Source of the DNA: Pelomyxa schiedti
Lineage: Eukaryota > Protista > Evosea
Assembly: GCA_020536535.1 (NCBI GenBank)
Contig: JAHLWZ010000531.1
Span: forward strand, 1 to 43,575
DNA: 43,575 bases
Reading direction: 5' to 3'
The notes beneath the pieces are model-generated. The model was not told the origin of the DNA, did no database searches, and saw only the letters and a list, made by a program, of their open reading frames with translations. The number at the start of each line of letters is the position of its first letter. Position 1 is the stretch's first letter. This document shows, piece after piece, positions 21,760 to 34,500 of the stretch. The translations under genes were made by a program, and so were the position numbers.

Positions 21760-24419
21760 TCAGCTGGCCTTATGCAGACGTTTGGAGTCAAAGCCTCGAA
21801 TGGAAGAGAGCAAGTCACTGCGTGCCGGCGTCACTGTATACAGTGTCAGTGTCAATGTGAGTGTGTGTGAATAGAGTGGTATGTTTGTGTTTTATGCTGA
21901 ATGCGCGTGCACGCAATTGAGTTTTGAGATAAATAATTTAGAGGAGAGTAGAGCAGAGCCGAGTTACTAGTTATAATGTTGAACTGTGGGAGGGGGAAAG
22001 AAAGGAACCTGTTGGGAGCGGTGCGCCGCCGGCCTTTTTTGGGGGAGGTGGGGGCGGGGGTGGAGGAGGCGCCCCGGTGGGCGACGTGGGGCCCGGTGGC
22101 GGCGATGGGTGTGTGGAAGAGCCGGTTTTGGTTGCGGTGGTTGTAGTTGTAGTAGTAGTTGTTGTTCCAGTGAAAGAAACGGTGGCTGTGAGTGGGGGTG
22201 AGACAGAGCTGGTGGCCGGGGCGTCGAACGGGCTATGGGCATGTGAGATATTAATAAGAACACCGTGTGGGGTACTCACTTAGTAGATGATTTTGAGAGC
22301 GGCGGGCTGACAGAGGCTGAAACAGCGGAGGTAATTTCGGGGAGATCACTTGGGGAAAAGTGCTTGACTTTTTTCCCTGCCCGTACTGGGGCATAACCTT
22401 TGGAAGCCCTGTGAGTATTGAAGTCAGTGACTTCAAAACAGGAATTCGCTTTTCTGCATACTTTAGGGGAGGGGAAGTGCTGCGAGATGGCGACTGTGTC
22501 TGAACGGACTTAACGAGGGTCTGTGTTGCTTGTGCCTTGATACGCTCCTCTTTCTTTGTGAAACTCAACTGTTTGTCCATGGTTAATTTTAAGAATATAA
22601 ATTTTAAAGAAAAGAACCTTAGCTCTGGGAGCGGGAAAGAGAATGGGAGCTTCAGAAAACGGAGCTAGTGTGAGTAAATCTGTTAGTGTAGGAGGACTCC
22701 CAGTGCAAGGGTTGACAATTTTATCCAGAACCTTGAGAAGTTAGTGTAAATGCAAGTTTATCTTTTGTGATGTACAGCTTTTATCTTGGGGTTCCAGTTT
22801 TTATTGTTAGCGAGCTGATAGCACACTGTGTCAACTTTCGGGAACTCATAGCCTGTTGCCATCTTGACTGGATTACTTAAATAATGAATACATTTTAGTT
22901 TATACCTCATACAGAACACATCCAAAACAAACAACATCAGGATCTACATGCGGGGCAAGAGTGGCAATTGCGTCTGAGTGGTATGGGTCGAGACAAAGTA
23001 GTCCGTTTTCGAAGTCTGTAAGCCTAGAAAGGGTAGTCAGAAAGAAAACGGAAAAGGAAAGGATACTTTGCAACACCATCATCTATTATTACGTTCCCAC
23101 AGTGAAGATGGAAGTACGGAATACCTTGGATGCGAAGGTATATCAGGCCCTGGTAATTGATGTTAGAATGCCTTTCCTGAGCAGTCAACCTCTAATATTT
23201 GGCGGCCAAGTCTCCCAATCACTTTTTCTTGCAAGAAGTGGTGTGTCTTGCCTTTCTTCGCGTAAGATGCAGTAGGCGAGTCATTGTGGATTAAGTCCCG
23301 CAAGGATCCTTGGTTTGACCACCTTCGCAAGACTCCCATGAATCCTCCTTGTGGGAGATACTGAGCGTGCAGGGTTTTGAGTATATGCGGATGTTCTTGT
23401 TGCTACAATAAATAGAAGGTGAAAAGCTTGTACACTGCTCAATCCGAAGAATACCGATAATTTTATCAGCAACTCCACAATGGCTCCCGCATCTGTGTAA
23501 GGACAGTTATCAGCTGGCGGTACCTAATCTCTAGTTGTTACGCATAGAAAAAGAAAAAAATAGCACACCAGTGCCATTGCTACACTAGGGCCCGCAGTAT
23601 CTCTTACAGAGAAGAAATGTTTATTTTCTCGACTGCCTGTGATAATTCTTAAAGTAGATTTTAATTGAAAAAAAGTGAACCTATATTTGACAGAGGTTTG
23701 TTGACTGTAAAATTTGCTGTTGCTCTCACCAAGTATTGGGCACACATAAAAGCACTGTTAGCTAACAACATGCAATGAGTAGGTAAGTAAGGTTTATATG
23801 TTGCATAAACGCACCAGCTTCTTCATCCACAATAGGGTTCCGAGAACGACGTGTTGAACCGCCATACTCCATCAAAGGAACCATATCTTGACTCCTTGAG
23901 TAGGTGTCAAGACAGTTGTTTTAGTGTATTCGGGGGTGTAAAGTGCATTTTTGTTTGTGGAGATGGAGATATTATCAAGGTACTTGTTTCTCCTTGTACA
24001 ATAGATAACAATGCCAACTCCTAAAGCCACCAACAATAGGCCCCCCGTCAGTGCCACTACTATAATCACCTATTATACTATAAGGTAGGAACTACAAGTA
24101 ACAAGAATCAAATATAACAATGGGTTTTTTAAAATGGTNNNNNNNNNNNNNNNNNNNNNNNNNNNNNNNNNNNNNNNNNNNNNNNNNNNNNNNNNNNNNN
24201 NNNNNNNNNNNNNNNNNNNNNNNNNNNNNNNNNNNNNNCTCCTAAAGCCACCAACAATAGGCCCCCCGTCAGTGCCACTACTATAATCACCTATTATACT
24301 ATAAGGTAGGAACTACAAGTAACAAGAATCAAATATAACAATGGGTTTTTTAAAATGGTATTTAGAAGTTTGCACGATAACACGTTAGCTAAAAAGTGTG
24401 GTCATACCCAGGTCTCCAT
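21760..24419 (-). CDS. Slob/PXK-like inactive kinase with N-terminal TM anchor, polyproline and C-terminal WH2
   Basis: METW|VIIVVALTGGLLLVALGVGIVIYC; GSLRDLIH, LGRQILE, YFHLHCGNV, LTDFENGLL, DVVCFGCVLYE; P-rich tract; RSDLLSSIRGFDSKRLHKAS*. Confidence 0.85.
24139..24238. other. Assembly gap with 121-bp duplicated flanks
   Basis: 24018-24138 equals 24239-24359. Confidence 0.95.
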
Positions 24420-24563
24420 CCCCGCTTGTGGGTCGTTTTTTATTTTAACCCCAAGGAGAGTCGCAGGGGGCGCCTTCTCCTTGAACTTTTCGGGAAAAAG
24501 AAGAAAAGAAATCAGGGACATCCAAGTGACGGAAACGGGGTTATCTTATATCTGGAGAGGTAC

Positions 24564-27243
24564 TTAGAATCTTGTGATGGACTTTGCTGAAGCGGACTGG
24601 AGCAGTGACCGCACTTGGGCTGACTCAGCCTCCTTGTATGCCTGCTGTGTGACTTTCTTTTGTATTCTCTTGGCCTGATGTGCGGATTAGTTTGAAAACG
24701 CAAAAGAGATAGTGCAGTGTTTGGGGAGGTGAGTGCATTTGGTTTGATTTGATTTGAAAGGTAACTAAAAAATAGTATAGTTATTATTTGTTCCGTACCC
24801 TTCTCTCTTCTTTTACAGCAGCTTTTCTTGCTTTTTTTTCTTCTGGGGTTTCATCAGCAGGCCGGGCAGTGCCTTTGTTGGGGGGCGGTTCTTCAGTCCT
24901 GCGGAAATTAAATTCATTTGCACATATAAAGTATCATATGGCTCACCTTGGCTCTTCTTTGGTTTCGGGTTTCTTTCTCAGCGCAAGGTCAATAGGTAAC
25001 CCAGTTTTGGCAGAGACTTTAATTTTGGGTGCTTTGAACAATTCTTCCCCAAGAATCATTGGGTGATTCTCGGTTGTGCTGTATGTCGCTGGTATGGAAA
25101 TAAAATAAGAGTGGTGTAAAAAATTAGATAATGAGAGGGAAACTTTTGCATGCTCACAGAGGATTGATTCGCAATCCCACTCTTCTGCATCTTCATTCTC
25201 TACTTCAACTATCTCAGTTTCAACGGGAGCTGTCTCCTGCATTGCCACAAGTCTCTGAAGACGCGCATTAGGGAAGATGATTTTTAGTTTTCAGGGTACC
25301 AGAATCTTCTTTTTGGCTCTTTTGTCGGCCGGAGCGTTACTCACTGGGACATTTCTGTGCTTCATTTTCAAATTTTTGTCCGCCAGCAGGCGCTTTGCCT
25401 CCTGTGGCGTTATCACTAAATCTCCCTCTGCCTCTCCCTCACTCAGGGATCCAATATCATCATCATCGTATTCTTCCTCGAGAAGCTGAACTAAGAGATA
25501 AGCAATGGGTAGGGAGCTTGGGCTTAAAGGAAACCTTTTCAAACTGTGATTCAACAACTTTTTCCTCTTCATCCAGTTCACGTGGTGGAGCCGCCCTTGA
25601 ACTGAGTAAGCAATGTGAAGAAGTCCAGAAGAGGTTCTTACGCCTGTTGTTGTGCCATTAACTTCCTCATTTGCTTTTGTTGCTGCTTCGAAAGTGCTGG
25701 TGGAAGAGAAACAGGGATATTTTGGGCCCAAGGATCGTCTTCAGTTTCTTCCATCAATTCTTTAACGAAACTATCAGAGAGCTCCTCTAGAGTTCATGGT
25801 AAGGCTTGATCCACGAACGAAAAAAAAAATTACCATCGGATTCCAAGCCCTCTTTTTCCAAGAGGAGTTTGACATCGGGATCCATCATGTGGACAGGGGC
25901 TACTTCCCTTAAGAAAGAAACATGAATGGGGGGGAGACACACCAATTCGATAATTGTCGGGGTGCTCATCCTGAAGGATATATGTAGATTTGGCCAGAAG
26001 TATTTCATCTTTAGTTACACCTGTTGCGTTTTCGTTTTGGCCTTCTGTTGCTTCTGTCTCCCCTTCTGCTTCCTCTTCATCTTCGGTACCCTCGTCCTCT
26101 GGTTCCTCTCCTGTTTCCTCGTCTTCTGCTTCCTCTTCTTCTGGTTCTTCGATTTCTTCCGTTTCCTCGGAGGCTTCTAGAAGTTCTGTGCGAATTCCCG
26201 GTTTTGAGGGTGTTGTTGGGGATTTGGCTGTTTCATTTCCTGCTTCTATTTCGTTCCTTGTCGTGGTGACTTGTGCCGCATTTACTTTTGCATTTGCTGT
26301 TGCGGATTTAGAAGAAGAAGGAGTGGGGGTGCCTTTCTTGGAGGATTTTGCTGGTTTCTTTGTGGGTTGTGGTGAGGATATAAGTTGCAGGGTGAGTGGG
26401 TGAGGATTATTTGAAGGGGTATCCCGGTACTCCTTCACTTCACCAGATGCCGAAACGAATACACCACCACTCACGCCGATTGGGCGGAAGTGCTGAGAGT
26501 AATCATAACCATCATCCCTAGGAGAAAAAAAAAAAAAAACCCAAGAGGTCAGAGTTGTAAAAAAAAAAGGCACTAACGCATCCAATGCTACGCGAAAACA
26601 AGAGGGGAGGCGGGGGATAAGATAAGATAAGAATATTTTTAAGATAGCAACATCCCACTAATACGTAGTGCAAGACCACCACCAACACACACACAGACAC
26701 ACAAGGGGCATACGGGAAACCGTATTCGCCCAGCTCGAAGGGGTTCTTGCTGTACGCCCCTGGGTCAATCACAGGGTTGGGCCTGTTGGTCTCGTGCGTC
26801 ACGATGTACACGTCCGCGTTCCGCTTGTCCACCCACTTGCGCCTCTTCCCCGTGGCTCCAACCTTGCCCCCCCGGCCCCCCTTGCCCCTCCTCTCTCCCT
26901 CGCCCTCGCCCCGGCCCCCGGCCCCGCTCCCGGCCTCCCCCCCTTCATCGTCGTCGCCGCCGCTCAGCCGGCCGCCCGATCCCTCGCCCTCGCCGTCGCT
27001 GGTTGGCGCAGGGGCTGGGCGGGGTGGCGCCCTGGCGTCCTTCTTCTTCCTGGTTGTGGCCCGCTTCTCCTTCATGAGCTTGCGTTTGTGCGCGGCCGCG
27101 GCTCGCTTGGCCTCGCTTGGCGTGGGGTCCGTCGCGCTCTCCCTCTCTCCGTCGCCCACGGCCTCGGCTCGAGCCGAGGGTACACCGCCCTTCGTTGTGC
27201 CCTCCATTTTTTTCTTCGTTGACTCGGAGTTGCACAGTTTCAT
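24564..27243 (-). CDS. LTV1: LTV1 40S ribosome biogenesis factor, with long basic/Gly-rich N-terminal extension
   Basis: KWVDKRNADVYIVTH, ELGEYGF.DDGYDYSQHFRPIG, DPDV, EEYDDDDIGSL, WDCESILxTYSTTENHP, C-terminal K/E-rich helix. Start at 27243 or 27207. Confidence 0.88.
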
Positions 27244-27407
27244 CTATTAGGTCCAAAACCTGAATGAACGCGCCTCAGACACACTTCCTCCACACATCCC
27301 GATGGCCCTCGTGCTCTCCAACTCCGTCCACAGCCGTCCCCTTCCACTATGGCTGCCGGCAGGGGATCCACCCAGGAGTAACCACAATCAAAACTCAACT
27401 TTTGAAG

Positions 27408-27616
27408 ATGGCATCATCCTCGGCACCTACGGGAGGGAGCTGCTACGCGCCGGGCGCACAGCAGCGCCAGCGGCCCTCCCCTTTGTCGTCTTCCCCGTCT
27501 CCGCGCGCCCCACCGCCCCCTCCGTCTTCGTCGTTCCCTCCCCATCAACAACCACAACAGGCGTATCTCCCCTCGCAGCCGCTGGCCGCCCCTACCACCG
27601 CCACCACCACCACCAC

Positions 27617-27649
<33 letters not shown>

Positions 27650-28988
27650 GGGGCGGGACCGCGAGCCGCGGCCCCCGCACCACCACCAGATCACGACCAT
27701 GCAGGCGCCGATGCCGATGCTAATACCGGGGGAGCTCATGCCGCCCTCCTCCTCCTCCACCTCATCCTTCTCGTCGTCGTCCCCGCAACCCCAGCAGCAG
27801 CAGCAACAGCAACAGCAGCAACAACAAGAGGGAGCGGGGGCGGTTGCGGCGGCTGTGGCTGTGGGCGCCGGGCGGTGTATGTGCGTGATGTGCTCGCCGC
27901 ATTCGGACTCGCCGCTTCCGGCGCAGCTGTTCCGGGGCGGCACGACGACCTCCCAGATATTCCAGCAGGTGGTCAGGGACGCCGCCGCGGCAGCCGCTGC
28001 TTCTGCTTCTGCTGCTGCTGCGAGCGCCACCAGGAACCTGGCTACTACTAGTACTGCTGGTGCTAATTCTAGTTCTACTACCGGTGGTGGTGGTGCGAAT
28101 GACTTGTTACTGCTGGAAGAGGGGATTCACGAGAGGAGGAGACAGCCGGGCCGGAGGTGCATCCAGGTTTCCGCTAAGAGTAGGAGTAGGAGCAGGAGCA
28201 GAAGCAGGAGCCGGGGCGATAGCAGGAGCAGAAGCAGGAGCGGGGATAGGAGGAAGAGGAGCAGGGGGAGGAGCAAGAGCTACAGCGGGAGCGAGGGGGA
28301 GGAGGACCCAGCGCACTACCCCCGCACCGCCGCAGCAGCGTCCCGCTCTGCTCACCAGGCCCCGAGGTCCAGCTCCGGCTCAAGGTCCGCATCCGGCCGC
28401 CACTCCCACGCTTCTGGATCCACACATCCGCAGCAGCCGCGCCAGCCCGTTGTCAAGAGGCTGAGGGGAGCCGATCCCACCTTCTGCCTTGGTTGCTTCG
28501 ACGGCCACGCTCCGCATACCTGTGAGCTGATAGAAGAGGAGGGCATTGTTGATGATGATGGACTTCTGGCCTACGATCCTCTGATGGGAGCCGCACCCGG
28601 AGTAAAGGTAATAGTCGGCGGAGTTATGGGCCCTGATGCAATAAACCACCCGGGGGGAGAAGGAGGATTCCAGCACACCATGATGTGGCCCCCGCAGCAG
28701 TCCCTTCCGCTTATCAGGATGAACAACAACAGACCCCCAGGCCGCAGAGGTGGCAGCCACTTCCATCACAGGGCACAACAGCAGCAACAACAGCAGCCAT
28801 TCCGCGGGGGCAACAATTCCGTCAGAGGAGGAGCACCAGGAGGAGGAATGAGGCAAGGAGGAGGCAGAAGAGGAGGCGGGAGGCAACAAGGTGGTGGTGC
28901 CGCTTCCAACAAACCCCCTGTTTCTAGTTCTTCCCTTGATGCTGAATTGGACAATTACATGACCAGCGGTGCTGCTGAACAGTCATAG
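27408..28988 (+). CDS. Intronless low-complexity RNA-processing-like protein (polyQ, RS tract, Cys/His knuckle, RGG, C-terminal LDAELDNYM)
   Basis: ORF 27264-28988 with likely ATG 27408; the terminal SSSLDAELDNYM matches the Chtop/ALYREF-type UAP56-binding motif. Confidence 0.75.
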
Positions 28989-29174
28989 AAAACGTACCAA
29001 TACCACGAGGGCAAGGACTCATACAACTACTAACTTACAGTGGGGTGTATGTAATGACGAGGTGAGGACACAAAAAAAGGCAGGCAACAAACAAAAAAAA
29101 AAAAACATTACATTTGCTCAAGTCAAAATAGAAATAAACCAAGCCTCTATCATTATTTTGTTCTTGTGGATTTG

Positions 29175-30333
29175 TTAAACAGAGGTTGTTACTTTGGTGA
29201 ACCTTCTTCTTGGTATGCCGTCATACCACCAAGCCATTCCAAACAGCGAAGTGGCTTGTACAATGGAATTTATGTACAGAAGGTAGGTGGTCGGAGATTT
29301 GGGTGGTATAACAAGGCACACTGCATAATTTATTGGAGGGAAAAAAAGGTTATGTATGGTACACACTGTAAACGCCCAAGACTCCTCCAATGAAATTCAG
29401 AACCTGTGAAAATAAACTGCAACCAAGTGTAGTCTTCAGTTTATAGCATTCCACGAGTTGCGGAATGTGGCTGTTTGAAAGGTTAAAATAACAAGTAACA
29501 TTAATCATCAAACCTTATCAGTTGCGTGAGTGGTTTGATGGAGCTTGTGTACGGAATCGTCTGGGGGAAGACCAAGCCAAGGAATATTGGGACAAAAATA
29601 AACAGGATCCACGCAAGATACTTTAAACCTTTTTTCACATTGCCAACTGTCAAGTAGACGTAGGTAGACGATTATTAGTTAGTGATCATAAGCACACCAC
29701 TCCCAAAGGCGCACATAAAGAGTTAGGGTTGTCCGTTTAAGCATTAGTCTTACCAACCTTGCGTTGAGTACATTGGTCTTTTCCCAGGGTTGTAGTACGC
29801 GAATCTTAATCCGGCATCAGGAAAAAGCACGCATTCAGAAGGGGAACAACTGTATCATAAAAATGCTGTGTTGCACCACATTCCCATAACCGTACATAAT
29901 AACAGGCCATGTTTCTAAGAAAATTAGGGGAAAAAACCCTGCTAAGAGAACATAAGGCAACCGGAAGTAAAAGTGGCGTTCACAGCCAAGAAGCACGAGC
30001 CAATTAGTTTGACAATAATGCTATTGGCACTGAATCCCTCCACGGACGATCTACGGTAATTATATACAGCCTGCGGCACGTACCTTCAAACTAGTGATTT
30101 TAAACGACATAACTGGCAAGCCGAGTGGCTGCGTCGTATTCAATCTCCATTTATTCTTAAGAAAAAAAAGAAAGAAAGGTAATAACTACATACTGGAACA
30201 TAAACAGCACCGTCGCGACTCCGCCCATGAACTGCGCAAATGGCACCGACGAGAAAACATTGGGCAATGCACCACCTGCACCCGCCACAGCAAGATTCAG
30301 ATCCACGCTGCCACCGCCCACGACACCGGCCAT
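29175..30333 (-). CDS. PQ-loop repeat membrane transporter, multi-exon
   Basis: Two PQ motifs after splicing (FQ|YVPQAVYNYRRSSVEGFS and SHIPQLVECYKLKTTLGCS) with hydrophobic segments between. Confidence 0.88.
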
Positions 30334-31513
30334 TGATGCGATCAAAAAATCAGGATTCAAAGAATGAAACAGAAAAACAGTCGAAAGTACAGCGTTCCGG
30401 TCTGTTGATTATTTTATTCAGCCAAATGCAATTTCGTTGTGCCTCAAGAGCTCCCTCCTTCGAGATGACAAGACTCACACAACTGGTAAGCAGTGGAGGC
30501 GTAACAAGTAGCTCTCCTAGGATTATGCTATGGATCCCAGTATTCGCGTTTCTGAGTCACCGCGGAGGTGGCTTGTCCACAGATTCTGTTCCGAATTAAT
30601 GATGACAAAACAAAAAGCACACCTCTTGAGGAATCACGGGGCGGCGGCCACGTGGATGACGCCAACGTGGGCGGTGTCGTTGGTTTTATTTAGTAACACA
30701 CTGACGTGCCCCAGGGTACTCTGGTTGGGCCTGTCAAAATCTGACATCACAACAACACTGGCACACACTGTCCCTCTGTTGGTTGGTTGGTTTGTTTGTG
30801 GTTAGCAGGGATGGATAGAGAAGATTATGTAGAGAAGATAGCAGATAGGGTGGATCACGGCACGCACATGGGGTCCGGGGTGTGATACAACCGAACGTCA
30901 ATGGAATAGTCTCCGGGTGGGGCTTGTTTGATCTGGAGGGCCGGGGGGTGAATTGTGGGAAAGAATTATTTCGGTGACGATACCATCCATTCAACAGGGC
31001 CATAGCCTCGCGAAAAATTCCGGGATAAAAGTCCTTGTAGGAATTAATTAATGGCTGGTGGTTAGGTGTGGATTGTTGGAACACCAAATTGGGTGATTCT
31101 TACCTCCAAACCTACTGTGATTGTGAAAGGAGTTGGACTTTTCCCCTGAGGGTTCAGTGATAATCAGCTCCACATCTGTGAGTGATTAGGATGAGTTGCC
31201 TTATTTGCGGGTGTTTTGGGAAAGAAAAAAAAGGTGGACCTGATAAGTCTGTGTCCCAGGTCAAAACGCACCTGAGGTCAACATCAACTGGTGCAATAAC
31301 GCGGGAGTCAAGGTTGATTCCAATACTTGCCATCAACCTTAGTAGCGGTGTGAGAAGTTACTTGGGGAAGAGAGTGTTACCCTTTAGACTCCGCAAGGTG
31401 AATGATGGAATTCAACTCCTTTCACAGAATTAGAAGTTGCTACTCCACGAATGGCTTACCATTAACGCCACAATTTCAATTTGCTCAAAGCGGACATCCC
31501 AATTTCCATCAAT
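30217..31513. repeat. Second copy of the segment at 1-1147
   Basis: Collinear match; covers the PQ-loop 5' end and the VIT gene 3' end. Confidence 0.95.
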
Positions 31514-34500
31514 TACTTTCAGCAGGAGCTCCATTGAGCGTTTGAGAGATGCTTTTTTTTTTCAAGTCAGAAGGGATCAGAGCACAAAAGGCTTACCAAT
31601 ATCACCTTGCCTTGAAATAAGTAAGGCAAGATCTCTATACGACTGTAAAAGTTCAGGAAAGCAAATGGAAAAGAAGTTAATGAGATATCACTTGTGGTTC
31701 TTCTCCTCGGAGTTGTACAATCTTTTCCAGTAAATACTTTGCTTGTCTTTACATTTTATGACCATTTATACAAAGACTGGGTGTGGGGAAACCTAAATTC
31801 ACCCCGTTGCATCAGAATCTGGCATAGGGCTCGTAACATAGAACAGTTGTCTAGCTGCACTTCGGCGAGGTTGCTTAGGATCCTACTGTCTACTTAACAA
31901 AGCTGGAAATATCAACAAAAATGAAACTAACCTCGAAGTATAACCAGGGAATTCCATACGGGATATTTGAAGATAAAACCCAGAACTTTTTTCTAGTGCT
32001 GAGTAATCACCACCTGACATCAATTCCAAGAATGCTCTGTAAGCTGAATTGAAAATGAAAAAAGGAAAAGTAAATGCAGAAGCTCACGCTCTGGCGATTC
32101 CTTTATTTTCTGCACAAAGGGTAGGAATGCATTCAAAATATTTTCATTTGAAGCCGACGGAGTAAATGAAAACTTTGGAGCTGTAGTCTCGGGAGTTGCA
32201 GTTAGTTCTACTTTCTCCCTTTCTAACAATGTGCTGCTCTCAGCAGGTGGTACGTTTGTTCTCCTCCTCCTCCTGCATTTCCTACTTGATGGTTCCTGCA
32301 TAATAAGATCCACCAACTCGTCAACTTGAGAGTCGCTTCGTATTGAGTTCGACTTCTTCTTTGTGCATTCACATAATTTCATTCTTTCTCTAGCTTGGAG
32401 CAACTCTCTGTCATATGCACTGACTGTGGCTCTGCTCTCCAGGCATTGCGTACGTGTCTCAGTTCCTTCTCCATCATTAACCCCTTGTTCTCCTTCTATG
32501 AATACCTCCTCCCTGAAACCCTCCAAGTCACCCTCCAAGAGTATTCCTCTTTCTCTGCCCTCTGCTCTCTCAGGTCTGTTGTCATCCATCCAGACCTTTC
32601 CTCCCGAAACTCCTTTTAATGGCATCTCTTCTGTGGGGGTCAGCTTTTTTGGTTCTGCAAAGGCAGGCTTTACAGCAAGGGAAACGTTGCAGTAATTCAC
32701 ATTGATATTCTCAGTTTGAGCCGAGGAGCAAGCAGTTTCTATCCCATCATCCATACTCACAGGAATTCCAAAGAGTGCTCTCCTTTTGGTACTACGCTGC
32801 AGTCTCACATCCACCTTTTCCGACAAGTTATCTCCAAGTTCCTGTAAAAGGGCGTTGTGTTCTTGTAATTCCTCTCCAATTGCACAGGCAATTTCTTTGG
32901 TACGATGAATACTTTCTGCAATTGCGTCAAGTGCTCTGTCCTGTTCTGTTACGATTGTTAAATGGAAAGTAACAGTGGTCAAGTAAAACCTTTCATAATT
33001 TTCTGCTGTTCTATTCTGAGGCTCTCTTCCTCAGTTGTTTCTTTGGGTTTTCTTTTGACGACTTTGTTGACGACTTTTTTTTTGCAAACCGTAAGCTTGG
33101 GAATAGCACATGACTCACTTAGCATTTCCTTTTCTAGTGCTTCAATCTCCCGTTCAGTTCTTTCCATTTCCGCACGCAATTTTAGTTGGACCCTCTCTTC
33201 CGTTTCTTGTCTCCGTTTGTCGTCCATTTCCTGGTGTTGCATTTCACGATGCCGGGATTCTTTGTCTTCTTTTGCTCTGTGAATTGCCCTGCGCATCTTA
33301 TCTTGGGCTTCTCTCTCCTCTGTTTCTCGTCTCAGATACTCCTCCATTTCTTTTTGTCGCCTTGTTTCCTCTTGGGATTCTTTGGCTCTTCTGGCTAGTG
33401 CAATTGCACTGCGTATCTTGTCGTGGGCTTCTCTTTCCTCCATTAATTGGCACTTGTACTCCTCCATATCCCTTTCCCGTTTTTCATGCTCGCGGGTTTC
33501 TCTGAGTGCTTTGGCTCTTTCAATTGCCCTGCGTATCCTCTCTTGGGCTTCTCTCTCTGATGTTTCTTGCCCCCTTTCACCCTCTTCAGACAATCTCTTG
33601 TTTTCCGTGAGTCTCTGTTGCAACTGCTGTTTTCTCAGAGATAGCGGTTCATCCAAGTCAAAGAGCCCTTCTGCTTCTACGGTTTCAGGTGCCTCACGCC
33701 CATTGCATTCTCTATAAATGGTTTAGAAAGGTGTGAGTTGGAACTAAGAAACCGTTCTTGACTGGTTGGGGCATTCAGAAAATGATCCTGTGTAAACATT
33801 ACATAATTGGAGTAGTATCGGGCATGGAATCAAGCCTTTGATTCATCTTCTCTCAAACATTCAGAATCCCCAAAAAGTTTACATCCATCTTTGTCAAGAG
33901 CCAGAAAGTGTCTTACAAGTGGCTGTGAATGTCTACCGTCATAGACTGTATTTAGCCAGAACATACGCCTTTTCCACGCATCCCGTACACGGCAACCCTT
34001 CATTTCCCTTTTTGCTTCTTCTGATGCCTTGTGAAATGCATTAGTGCATTCTTAGAGTTGGATAATTTACACTTTCTGGACAGCAATTCTTTTTTGATAC
34101 TCACGATAAATACTGGGAAGGGTTTGCGGAGGTTCGATTTGATTCTTAAGGAACTAGTTGGGTTATTAAATGGCATTGTATTTGAGGTAGGAAACCTGAT
34201 CCAAAGTCTCCAGCACAATTAGCGAGGTATTTGGGGTGACAAACCTGTATCTTGTAAGCTCACTTCGAACCAGTAAGACCTTACTTATATTTTCTTGCTA
34301 GTTGCACGATTGTGTCCTGAGTTTTCTCTGCATCCCCATAGCTTATTAATTCCTCCACTTGCTGTTGTGCCCAGAATCGGCACACTGTGTTCATTAAAAT
34401 GACGTCAACCCATGTTGCCATATACATAATGGACTGATTGACTCCAAGCCACAGCGGGGGATTGTATACTCTTTAGAAAAATCAAGTTTTACTGTAGGGA

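Noticed and set aside
26668-28954. Many overlapping or antisense ORFs in GC-rich repeats (also 3865-4868, 6665-7686, 12806-13552)
   Set aside because: Shadows of GC-rich or low-complexity coding sequence on the other strand or frame.
32020-33656. Stand-alone syntaxin gene from ORFs 32020-32982 and 32979-33656
   Set aside because: No Habc-like N-terminus or C-terminal TM; flanked on both sides by consecutive parts of the VIT-DUF2135 protein, so treated as internal exons.
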